From the NCBI GenBank assembly GCA_964625235.1, contig CAZVAZ010000001.1, positions 857-64,856 on the forward strand: a stretch of 64,000 bases of DNA. The letters run 5' to 3'. The notes below the pieces were generated by a model. The model was not told where the DNA came from, did no database searches, and saw nothing but the letters and a program-made list of their open reading frames with translations. Below are positions 51,898 to 60,047 of the stretch, one piece after another (the stretch's first letter is position 1; each line of letters starts with the position of its first letter). Made by a program: the position numbers and the translations under genes. Source of the stretch: an uncultured Hyphomicrobiales bacterium (lineage in GTDB: Bacteria; Pseudomonadota; Alphaproteobacteria; Rhizobiales; JAJFHR01).

Positions 51898-52103
51898 AGT
51901 ATCTGGTCCTCCTCCACGGATTCTTCGGGCATCACTTTGATCTCAACAAGAACACCGGCCACGGGTGCCTCGACCGGGATTTCCATTTTCATAGATTCCA
52001 GAATCATGATCAGATCACCCTCAGAAATACTGTCTCCAACGGCTTTTTCGACTTTCCATACGGTGCCAATCACCTCAGAGGTAACCTCGGTTGTTGCCAT
52101 CAA
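51879..52103 (-). CDS. Biotin carboxyl carrier protein (stand-alone lipoyl/biotinyl domain)
   Basis: Biotinylation motif ILESMKMEIPVEAPVAGVL in a 74-aa protein. Confidence 0.85.
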   Translation of the reverse strand: MMATTEVTSEVIGTVWKVEKAVGDSISEGDLIMILESMKMEIPVEAPVAGVLVEIKVMPEESVEEDQILCLIES

Positions 52104-52117
52104 TATTTCTCCCTTGT

Positions 52118-53656
52118 TTAAAAAGTCGTCGGCCAGGCGGCCATACGGTGTGCGCCGACATTGCCCGACAGGCGCATTTGGTGAATTTCAAGCTGCTGGA
52201 TCAGGTATCGCCGTGTCTCAGTTGGATCTATCACCGCCTGGGCTGCGTAAATTTCGGCAAGACCATAGGCAGAGTTGTCCTTTTCCATCTGCGCGCGGAT
52301 TTCCTGCTTGCGTTCATCCGTTGCCTGCTGACCCCATGTTACGATCTCGGTGGCAAAGTGGGGGTCCATGAAGCTGATCTCGGCGCTCGGCCACACAGCA
52401 ACATCATCCGAGTTGCGCCCGCCGCCCATGTTCAGGTAGGCTTGGCCGTAGCTCTTGCGCATGATGATTGAAAGTTTCGGCACTGTGCACATCTGCAGGG
52501 CCTGCATGAAATTCATGATTTTCCCCGGTGCCTTCTGCTTCTCGCCTTCGATGCCGATAACAAAACCCGGCGTATCGACGAGCAGTATCAGGGGGATGTT
52601 GAAGCTGTCGCACATAACTGTGAAGCGCGTTGCTTTCTCGCAACCGGCAACATCGAGCGCACCGGCCTTGCCCATGGGGTTGGAGGCGATAAAGCCGACG
52701 GTGCGCCCGTCCATCCGCGCAAGGCCGGTTACCGCCGTGCGCCCGAATTTCGGCTTGAATTCAAAAAAACTGTCGAGATCAACCAGGCATTCAATAATCT
52801 TGCGCACATCATAAGCACGCTTGCGGCTTTCGGGAAGAATGTCAGCAATACGCACGGAGCCCTCATCGCTGCCAGCGGGCACGGACACACGCGGCGGTGG
52901 CTCGCCGCAATGAGACGGCATATAGCTTAAGAACTTCCTGATTTCGGCCAGTGCTTCTTCGTCGGTTTCAACCACACGGTCGATGAGGCCGGAAACCTGA
53001 GCATGCAGTTTCCATCCGCCCAACTCCTCCGCCTCCACCTTCTGGCCGATGGCAAACGAAGCAAGGCCGGGGCTTGCCACTGCCATGATCGCGCCTTTGC
53101 GCATGACGACGAAATCGGAAAGACACGTATACCAGGCCGAAGACCCGTAACATTGCCCGAGCACGGCTGCAGCCCACGGGGTCTGGCGGGTGCGCACATA
53201 TTGCTGCGGGTCGTGGCCAAGGTTGGATCCCATGCCCCTGGAGCCCATGTTGTCGGGCATGCGGGCACCGGAGGACTCACCAAAAAAGACCAGCGGCAGG
53301 CCACGCTCCGTCGCCACCCGTTTGACGTGGCCGACCTTTTTCATGTTGGTGGCGCTGGATGAAGCGCCTTTTACGGTAAAGTCATTGGACGCAATGGCCA
53401 CCATGCGACCGTCCACTTTGGCAAATCCGGTAACCTTGCCGTCAGCGGGGGTTTTTTCGCGGTCTTCCGCTACCATGGAGGAAACCGCCAGCAGCCCGGT
53501 TTCCACCCAGGTCCCGGGGTCGATGAACGCCTCAATCCGGCTGCGCGCATTGAGCAGACCTTGAGCTTCGCGCCGTGCCAACCGGTCAGGCCCGCCCATG
53601 GCTCTTGCCTTGGCTTCGCGGGTTTTCAGGTCTTTGAGCCTGTCATCTAAACTCAT
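52118..53656 (-). CDS. Carboxyltransferase subunit (PccB/MccB-type), paralog 1
   Basis: GLLNARSRIE, GRMVAIASNDFTVKGAS, GRTVGFIASNP. Confidence 0.85.
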   Translation of the reverse strand: MSLDDRLKDLKTREAKARAMGGPDRLARREAQGLLNARSRIEAFIDPGTWVETGLLAVSSMVAEDREKTPADGKVTGFAKVDGRMVAIASNDFTVKGASSSATNMKKVGHVKRVATERGLPLVFFGESSGARMPDNMGSRGMGSNLGHDPQQYVRTRQTPWAAAVLGQCYGSSAWYTCLSDFVVMRKGAIMAVASPGLASFAIGQKVEAEELGGWKLHAQVSGLIDRVVETDEEALAEIRKFLSYMPSHCGEPPPRVSVPAGSDEGSVRIADILPESRKRAYDVRKIIECLVDLDSFFEFKPKFGRTAVTGLARMDGRTVGFIASNPMGKAGALDVAGCEKATRFTVMCDSFNIPLILLVDTPGFVIGIEGEKQKAPGKIMNFMQALQMCTVPKLSIIMRKSYGQAYLNMGGGRNSDDVAVWPSAEISFMDPHFATEIVTWGQQATDERKQEIRAQMEKDNSAYGLAEIYAAQAVIDPTETRRYLIQQLEIHQMRLSGNVGAHRMAAWPTTF

Positions 53657-54906
53657 GATTTATCTCCATCTGGCCCAAGGCCGGGACCGGCGACAACGCC
53701 ATCACGGGCCAGCGTTTCAATTTCGGCTTCGGCCAGATTGAGTTCAGTCTTGAGGACATCCACCGTATCCGCGCCGATATCGCGCCCGGCCCAGCGAACC
53801 GAGCCCGGCGTTGCAGATAATTTTGGTACAACACCGGTGACGGTTACCGGCCCCAACTCTCGGTCCTCGACTTCTAAAAGCATGTCGCGGCTGCGGTAGT
53901 GGGGATCAGCGAAAATATCCTCAACTGTATAAATCGGTGCGGCGGGAACTTTAGCTGCCTTGAGGGCCGTTTCAACCTGCTCCAGATCGAGAGAACGGGT
54001 CCAGTTTGCAATAATGGCATCACAGGCATCTTCATTCTCCACCCGCTTTAAAGCGGTGGCAAAACGCGGATCGTTTTCCAGCGCAGGCTTCCCCATGGCT
54101 TTTGCCAGGCGGGCAAAAACCGGGTTGGAGGCTGCTGCCAGAACGATATGGCGGTGATCGCGGGTCTCATAAAGAGAGTTCGGTGTATTGCCGGGCAGTC
54201 TCGGGCCTGCCCGCCTGGCGATCTCTCCCAATTGCTGAAAGGCCGGGATATGCGGTTCCATGAAACTGAAAGAACCCTCATAAAGTGCTGAATCGACAAT
54301 CTGTCCTTGCCCTGTGTTAACACGTTCCAGCAGCGCCATTACCGCACCGAAGGCACCATATAACCCGGCGACATAGTCGGTCAGCGAAGTGGCGATGCGC
54401 GGGGGAGGGCGGTCCGGGTCTCCGGTAATCTCGCGTAGTCCGCTGACCGCCTCGCAGACAACGCCGTAGCCGCCGCGGCTACTGTAAGGCCCGTCCTGGC
54501 CAAAGCCGCTGATGCGCACCATGACCAGACCCGGATTGACCGCGCTCAATGTGTCATAGCCCAGCCCCCAGCGCTCCATGGTTTGGGGGCGGAAGTTTTC
54601 GATGACAATATCGGCCTTTTCGCACAGGCGGCGCACCAGAGTGCGGCCTTCTTCAGTGCGCAGATTAATTGAGACCGCACGCTTGCCGCGCAATATCGAT
54701 GCGCCATAAAGCGAACGCCCCTTGCACTGGCGGCCCATGGAGCGCACCGCATCTCCCTCGCCCTGTTCGACCTTGATGACATCAGCGCCGAAGTCGGCCA
54801 GAAGGCGGGCGCAAAACGGTCCGGCGACAGTCGAACCCAGTTCAATGGCACGCATCCCGGCCAGCGGACCTGATGCCTGTGGTTCAGTTTTCGCTTCGGC
54901 CATCAT
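53653..54906 (-). CDS. Family III CoA-transferase (CaiB/BaiF type)
   Basis: PLAGMRAIELGSTVAGPFCARLLADFGADVIKVE is a typical N-terminus. ATG 54906 or 54903 follows AGGGGA; the track start 54954 would overlap the GntR gene. Confidence 0.85.
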   Translation of the reverse strand: MMAEAKTEPQASGPLAGMRAIELGSTVAGPFCARLLADFGADVIKVEQGEGDAVRSMGRQCKGRSLYGASILRGKRAVSINLRTEEGRTLVRRLCEKADIVIENFRPQTMERWGLGYDTLSAVNPGLVMVRISGFGQDGPYSSRGGYGVVCEAVSGLREITGDPDRPPPRIATSLTDYVAGLYGAFGAVMALLERVNTGQGQIVDSALYEGSFSFMEPHIPAFQQLGEIARRAGPRLPGNTPNSLYETRDHRHIVLAAASNPVFARLAKAMGKPALENDPRFATALKRVENEDACDAIIANWTRSLDLEQVETALKAAKVPAAPIYTVEDIFADPHYRSRDMLLEVEDRELGPVTVTGVVPKLSATPGSVRWAGRDIGADTVDVLKTELNLAEAEIETLARDGVVAGPGLGPDGDKS

Positions 54907-54910
54907 TCCC

Positions 54911-55600
54911 CTACAAAAGATATTTCTGATAATTTTTGAACCAGTCGCGGGCACTGCGAATATTGGCCCGCTTCAGTTGCTCAGCTTCGTCGGCCTTTCC
55001 TGCACGCATGGCGGCGAGGATTTCGCGGTGCTGGCGCATGCCCTCCTGCATCCGCCCGGGTACCAGTATGAGACGCCGGATCAGCACCTGGGTGCGGTCA
55101 TAAAGACTGTCGAGAAGATTGCTCAGCACTTCATTGTCGGCAGCAGTGATACATTTTCGCCGGAACTGGTAGTTGGCTTGCGCATAGGCATCGAAATCGT
55201 TTCGGGCCAGCGTGTCTTCCATAGCGGGGCCGAACAGGTCAATCAGTTCATCCCAGGTCTCGGGCGGTGCCTTTTGCGTCGCCAGGCGCACCATCTGTGC
55301 TTCCAGAGCCTCGCGGACCTCGAACAGTTCCTTGACCTTGTCTGCTTCGAGCCGGGTAACGATGGCACCGCGATTGGGGATTCGCTCGATCAGCCCGCGT
55401 TCTTCAAGTATCCCGAACGTTTCACGGATGCGGGCCCGGGATACGCCGAATTCGTCGGCTAAATCCTGCTCACGCAACCGCGATCCGGGGGCAAGTTCAT
55501 GATTGACGATGCGCCGCCGCAACTCACTGAGCAGCTTTTCCGCTCCCGGATTGAGGCTGTCCAGCCCTATCACTTTTCTGCTTGTTTTTCGCACCGCCAC
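54911..55600 (-). CDS. GntR-family regulator with FCD effector domain
   Basis: wHTH LSELRRRIVNHELAPGSRLREQDLADEFGVSRARIRETFGILEERGLIERIPNRGAIV plus an alpha-helical C-terminal domain. Confidence 0.85.
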   Translation of the reverse strand: MAVRKTSRKVIGLDSLNPGAEKLLSELRRRIVNHELAPGSRLREQDLADEFGVSRARIRETFGILEERGLIERIPNRGAIVTRLEADKVKELFEVREALEAQMVRLATQKAPPETWDELIDLFGPAMEDTLARNDFDAYAQANYQFRRKCITAADNEVLSNLLDSLYDRTQVLIRRLILVPGRMQEGMRQHREILAAMRAGKADEAEQLKRANIRSARDWFKNYQKYLL

Positions 55601-55890
55601 AACGGTTCCCCCCGGTTGAAAGAGGTGTAGGTTGAATTATGGCGGCAATATTGTCAACAATTTTAACAACAATCTTTGATTTTTAGCTACCTTGCCATTA
55701 CATCATTGTCACTTTCGCCATAAAGTTCCTTCGATGCATGCGTTGCGTGCCATTTGAAATTGCACTCTACAACTGCCGCATCTTGATTATGATGTGGAAA
55801 TCTGTTTGGAGTATGCCCGCGTGGTTAATCCGGACATTAAAAGCCATCCGGCTTTCAGCAAAAATGGCGAGACTCCAGAGGCATCTGATA

Positions 55891-56604
55891 ATGATTTCAA
55901 TTTTGTTTTTAGGATTTTTACTGGGCATGCGTCACGCTGTTGAAGCCGACCATATTGCTGCGGTTGCCTCGTTGTCATCGCGCACCGATTCAATCCGGGA
56001 AGGCGTGCGGCAGGGGGCTGCCTGGGGTCTGGGACACACGCTCACTTTGTTTCTTTTCGGCTCTATTGTGCTATTTGTCGCCAATATTGTGCCCGAACAG
56101 ATAGTTCGCGGCATCGAATTTGTCGTCGGCATCATGTTGATTGTTCTGGGTGGTGATGTGCTCAGGCATGTGCTTCGTGATCGCGTCCATTTTCACACCC
56201 ATACACATACTCAAATTGACGGGTCTGACACGCGCCACTTTCATGCCCATTCTCACAAAGGTGAAGAAAAACGCGACCATAATGCTGCCAGCCACCAGCA
56301 TGTCCACCCGCGAGGTTTTCCCGTCCGCGCCCTGCTGGTGGGTTTGATGCATGGTATGGCGGGCTCAGCTGCCTTGATTTTACTGACCTTGCAAACCCTG
56401 TCCTCGCCGTGGCTCGGCTTAGTCTATATTGCTGTATTCGGCATTGGCTCGATTGCCGGAATGGCGCTGTTTTCAATCGTCATTGCAATTCCTCTGCGCG
56501 CCGCCCGCCACATGACACTGGTGTACAACGGTCTGCAGACAACCATTGGTGTTGCCACTATCGCCTTGGGCATATTCATTCTGGTTCAAAATTCCAGTGT
56601 CTAA
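55891..56604 (+). CDS. NicO/RcnA-type nickel/cobalt transporter family membrane protein
   Basis: Signature LLGMRHAVEADHIAAV, the His-rich loop HFHTHTHTQIDGSDTRHFHAHSH, and GLMHGMAGSAA. Start chosen at the MISILFLG hydrophobic N-terminus. Confidence 0.65.
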   Translation: MISILFLGFLLGMRHAVEADHIAAVASLSSRTDSIREGVRQGAAWGLGHTLTLFLFGSIVLFVANIVPEQIVRGIEFVVGIMLIVLGGDVLRHVLRDRVHFHTHTHTQIDGSDTRHFHAHSHKGEEKRDHNAASHQHVHPRGFPVRALLVGLMHGMAGSAALILLTLQTLSSPWLGLVYIAVFGIGSIAGMALFSIVIAIPLRAARHMTLVYNGLQTTIGVATIALGIFILVQNSSV

Positions 56605-56660
56605 GCGGGAATCAAAAACAGTTTATTGATTTAATTTATTGGTCCTGCCCCCCAAGTGCC

Positions 56661-57215
56661 TCAACACCCTGCAAATGGTACTGAGCGGTATCGGATCAGA
56701 ATTTCTTCGCCACTGGCTATGGGTCGAATGGCAATCATGTCCATTTGCTCTTCTTTTGTATGTTGAACCATCACCGCATTGGCCTGGTTTTCATCGGCTG
56801 CATGATTGCACAATCCTGCAACTCCAAAAACAATGGCAGCTGTCTCACCGCCCTGGTCGGCTGGACGGTTCCAGACAAACATGTACATTATTGAGCTTTT
56901 TGCCGCCGTGTAAGACTGGTCGGAACCAAGGACAGCGTCAGGGTTGTGCAGCAAAACTTCCAGGCTTTTTGTTAAAACCTTGACCGCTGGCCAGTCATGA
57001 TCAGCCAGTTGCCTTTCGGCATAGCTGTCCAGTGCCGGCATCATCCGCAACATGCTGAATTCGAGATCACCAAGTATTTTAACCGGCGCGCGACTAATCA
57101 GTTCATCCGCGGCAATGTTGCTGGCGGCGACAATGCCGCGTCCTTTTGCTCCCACCGGTTTAATCACAACCTTTGGATTGTCACTATTCATCAGGAAACC
57201 CCAGATTTTGTTCAA
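56661..57215 (-). CDS. SET-domain protein (putative lysine methyltransferase)
   Basis: GRGIVAASNIAADELI, LCNHAADENQANA (NHS/C-type motif) and a C-terminal GEEILIRY. Confidence 0.65.
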   Translation of the reverse strand: MNKIWGFLMNSDNPKVVIKPVGAKGRGIVAASNIAADELISRAPVKILGDLEFSMLRMMPALDSYAERQLADHDWPAVKVLTKSLEVLLHNPDAVLGSDQSYTAAKSSIMYMFVWNRPADQGGETAAIVFGVAGLCNHAADENQANAVMVQHTKEEQMDMIAIRPIASGEEILIRYRSVPFAGC

Positions 57216-57438
57216 CGAGTTTTACAAACCGGTGGACAGGCAGGTGGTAGTGAACGGAAATCTCCGCTTCAGATAATCCAAATGTCAGCTGACCAAATCG
57301 GTTGCGCAAGGATAATACCAATTGCTCAACAGCTTTTTGCCATTGCTGCCGGGTTTTCTGGTTGGCTGGTATCAAATTCGTATCGCGATGTTCATCTGGT
57401 ATTTCAAGAAACTCAAAAAGCCGTTTTTCTATAGACAT
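57184..57438 (-). CDS. Hypothetical 84-aa protein upstream of the SET-domain gene
   Basis: ORF only, no family recognised. Overlaps or abuts the SET gene, which suggests co-transcription. Confidence 0.35.
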   Translation of the reverse strand: MSIEKRLFEFLEIPDEHRDTNLIPANQKTRQQWQKAVEQLVLSLRNRFGQLTFGLSEAEISVHYHLPVHRFVKLVEQNLGFPDE

Positions 57439-57677
57439 GCCTCAGCCTCGTGTTGAGAAAGTTACTTCAGCAGTTGCCCGGTCGAATTTTTCACCCGGTT
57501 TTTAACCGTGACATCTGGTGGGTTTGTTACCTGGACAGACCTTTGGGCATGTGCCGTGAACTCAACGTGATTCTGTCGCAGCATCGACACATTTTGTGGT
57601 GCTAAATAGCAATCACGGAAGAATCACGTTCGCAATGGTTTGTTTTAAATGACCTGTCAGGTGAAAGGGAACGCAGT

Positions 57678-59465
57678 ATGGGATTTCATGGCGAATTGGA
57701 TGGCGGTTTCGATAATCCCGTCGAAATACATGACGGTACCGGCTCAAACGATCCACGAAATCAGCAAAGATCGAGCACTTCATCGCAGCACCCAAATGAT
57801 TATACAAATATTTTCGGTTCCCCGGAAAGCAGGTCTGATTATTTTATCGGGGTCAGGAAACCGGGCTCAGACAACGTTCGCGATGTCGCCAAAACACAGG
57901 CCTTGATTGACAAATTATCGTTGCGAATGATGCGAAAGGCGGATTGGAGCGGCCAAGCCAAAGTAAACAAAAATATTCCCGCCGGATATACATACTTTGG
58001 CCAAATAATTGCCCATGATCTCGTCCAAAGCAGTACGCCTTTTTCAGGAGGCGGAGGGGGAGGAGCTGTAAGCCCGCAACGCGACTTTAGAGATGCGAGG
58101 CTCGTGCTTGACACGATTTACGGCGGCGGGCCGGGCATAACACCATTGGCCTATGAGCCGCCAGACCCGACGGGGGATGGTGTTGTGCTGCTGCGATTGG
58201 GCCCAACAAAAATGGATGGTGATCTCGAGGGTGAGCCAAGTGGCCCGGTACGTGATTTTTCACGCGGGGCAGGGTGTCCGTTCGTTGAGGGCAATACATC
58301 GAACATGCAACTTCGTCGCGATGTTTATGTGGCCGATCCGCGCAACGATGACAATTTCTTTGTGTCGCAACTGTCCACTCTGTTCTTCACTTTTCACAAT
58401 CTTGTATATCGCAGCTTGAGCGAGGAGCGATTTGACGGTTACTTCGCAGTTCCGAACAATACGGAGCTGAAACGTTTTTCACTTGCAAGACGGATTACCG
58501 CCCTGGTTTACCGCCGCGCGGTGGAAAATGATTTTCTCAAAAAAATACTGAACGAAGATGTCTGGAAACTGTATACGCAGGGAAAGCTCGCCAGTGGCAC
58601 ACTAGGTTCGCAGCTGGACCAGCGCATCCCGGTGGAATTTTCCCATGCGGCATTCCGGCTGGGCCATGCGATGGTGCTCGATGACTACAAAGTCAATGAC
58701 ACTTTACCAACCGATGCCGGGGTGGGGTCTGCTACCGGGCGCTTAAGATTAAGTGAAGCGCTCAGGTCGTCGTCGGCGAGATTTTTGAATTTTGTACCGA
58801 TTAAAACGACCTGGCTCATTAGCTGGGCAAAGTTTTTTAAAGTTAAAGATCCTGCCAACCCGCAATCAAGCCGGCGCATCAGTCCGTTTATGGCGGGTGC
58901 TCTGCGTAAAAGCGAATTGGGCTTCTTTCCTAATGTAAATGGCAATGGCACCGGGTTGATCTTTCGCGATCTTCTGCGCAGTGCCAACACCGGGCTGCGG
59001 TCGGTCACCTCCATAATGGCCAGCCTGCAAACTCAGCTGGAGGCGGCTGACAGTGATATTTTCGAAGAATACCGAAGCCAGTATGACACCCACTGGAATG
59101 AAACCACTCTTGGTGAGTGGCTGAACGCTGAAGATGACATTGAATTTACTGCCGAAGAGATATCGCAGCTCCATTTTGATCCACCATTGTTTTTCTATTT
59201 ATTGTTCGAGGCATTCAAGTTTGAAGATGGCTATAAATGGGGGCTGATGTCTTCCATCATTGTTGCCGAAGTTATTTTTTCGGCAAAGAACCAAACAAAA
59301 ATATTCATCGAGGATGACCCGGAAGTCAATGAGCTTGCGCAGATGATTTTTGAAAACAACGTACCCGATACCATGCCGGGAATGATTGGCTGGATGGCCG
59401 ATAAAGTAAAAGACAACCCTGATTTCAATGCCGGGGAAGGTGATGAATTTCCGGCATTTATCTGA
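57678..59465 (+). CDS. Peroxidase-cyclooxygenase superfamily (animal haem peroxidase-like) protein
   Basis: Distal-side motif YTYFGQIIAHDL and proximal-His motif FSHAAFRLGHAM. SD AAAGGGAA lies upstream. No signal peptide is evident. Confidence 0.7.
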   Translation: MGFHGELDGGFDNPVEIHDGTGSNDPRNQQRSSTSSQHPNDYTNIFGSPESRSDYFIGVRKPGSDNVRDVAKTQALIDKLSLRMMRKADWSGQAKVNKNIPAGYTYFGQIIAHDLVQSSTPFSGGGGGGAVSPQRDFRDARLVLDTIYGGGPGITPLAYEPPDPTGDGVVLLRLGPTKMDGDLEGEPSGPVRDFSRGAGCPFVEGNTSNMQLRRDVYVADPRNDDNFFVSQLSTLFFTFHNLVYRSLSEERFDGYFAVPNNTELKRFSLARRITALVYRRAVENDFLKKILNEDVWKLYTQGKLASGTLGSQLDQRIPVEFSHAAFRLGHAMVLDDYKVNDTLPTDAGVGSATGRLRLSEALRSSSARFLNFVPIKTTWLISWAKFFKVKDPANPQSSRRISPFMAGALRKSELGFFPNVNGNGTGLIFRDLLRSANTGLRSVTSIMASLQTQLEAADSDIFEEYRSQYDTHWNETTLGEWLNAEDDIEFTAEEISQLHFDPPLFFYLLFEAFKFEDGYKWGLMSSIIVAEVIFSAKNQTKIFIEDDPEVNELAQMIFENNVPDTMPGMIGWMADKVKDNPDFNAGEGDEFPAFI

Positions 59466-59500
59466 GTGACCCTACATCAACAATAACAGGAGAAAAGAAA

Positions 59501-60013
59501 ATGACGAAATTAGGCACAAACGTCCTTGGTCCCAATTATGTTGGACTGGGCCGCGATAAAGTTTCCAAATGGGCCAAAGGAGGAACGGGTTCCTGGCCTG
59601 CCGGGACGGACCTGGATTTCGGTGACGGATTGACTGCGCGCAATGTGGCGGATGTCGGAGAACCTTCCGGCCCCAATCCCGCAGACCCTGATGGCCCGCT
59701 TGTCGAGGGCTCAGGCCTTAAAGGCGAGTTGTGGCCGATTGAGGAGGGTGAAAATCAGATGGTCAGGCTCCCGGACAGAATTTGCCGCATCGTTTTTGTT
59801 CAACCTGACAATGAGACTTATATTGTACGGCTGCCGCCCAAAGATCTGGTGGAACAGTCCGAAGTGGAAAACAAAGCGGATGGCAGCGATTACGGGTTTC
59901 ATAAATTTTACATTCGTCAACTGGTGCCCGGTTCCGGGCTCGGTGACAAACTGGATAATATTGATGTATTGTACAGCCGTATTGCCGATTATACCTTTGC
60001 CCATTGCAAATAA
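59501..60013 (+). CDS. Hypothetical 170-aa protein, probably co-transcribed with the peroxidase-like gene
   Basis: Starts 36 nt after the peroxidase stop, with the SD AGGAGAAAAG. No family recognised. Confidence 0.45.
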   Translation: MTKLGTNVLGPNYVGLGRDKVSKWAKGGTGSWPAGTDLDFGDGLTARNVADVGEPSGPNPADPDGPLVEGSGLKGELWPIEEGENQMVRLPDRICRIVFVQPDNETYIVRLPPKDLVEQSEVENKADGSDYGFHKFYIRQLVPGSGLGDKLDNIDVLYSRIADYTFAHCK

Positions 60014-60047
60014 GCACCTGTAAGCCGACGGCTTGCGACCTGGTGTT

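Noticed and set aside
56188-56214. CA/AC-rich near-repeat (CACACCCATACACATAC) resembling a microsatellite
   Set aside because: It is in frame and encodes the HFHTHTHT His-rich metal-binding loop of the NicO-type transporter. It is not a pure repeat.
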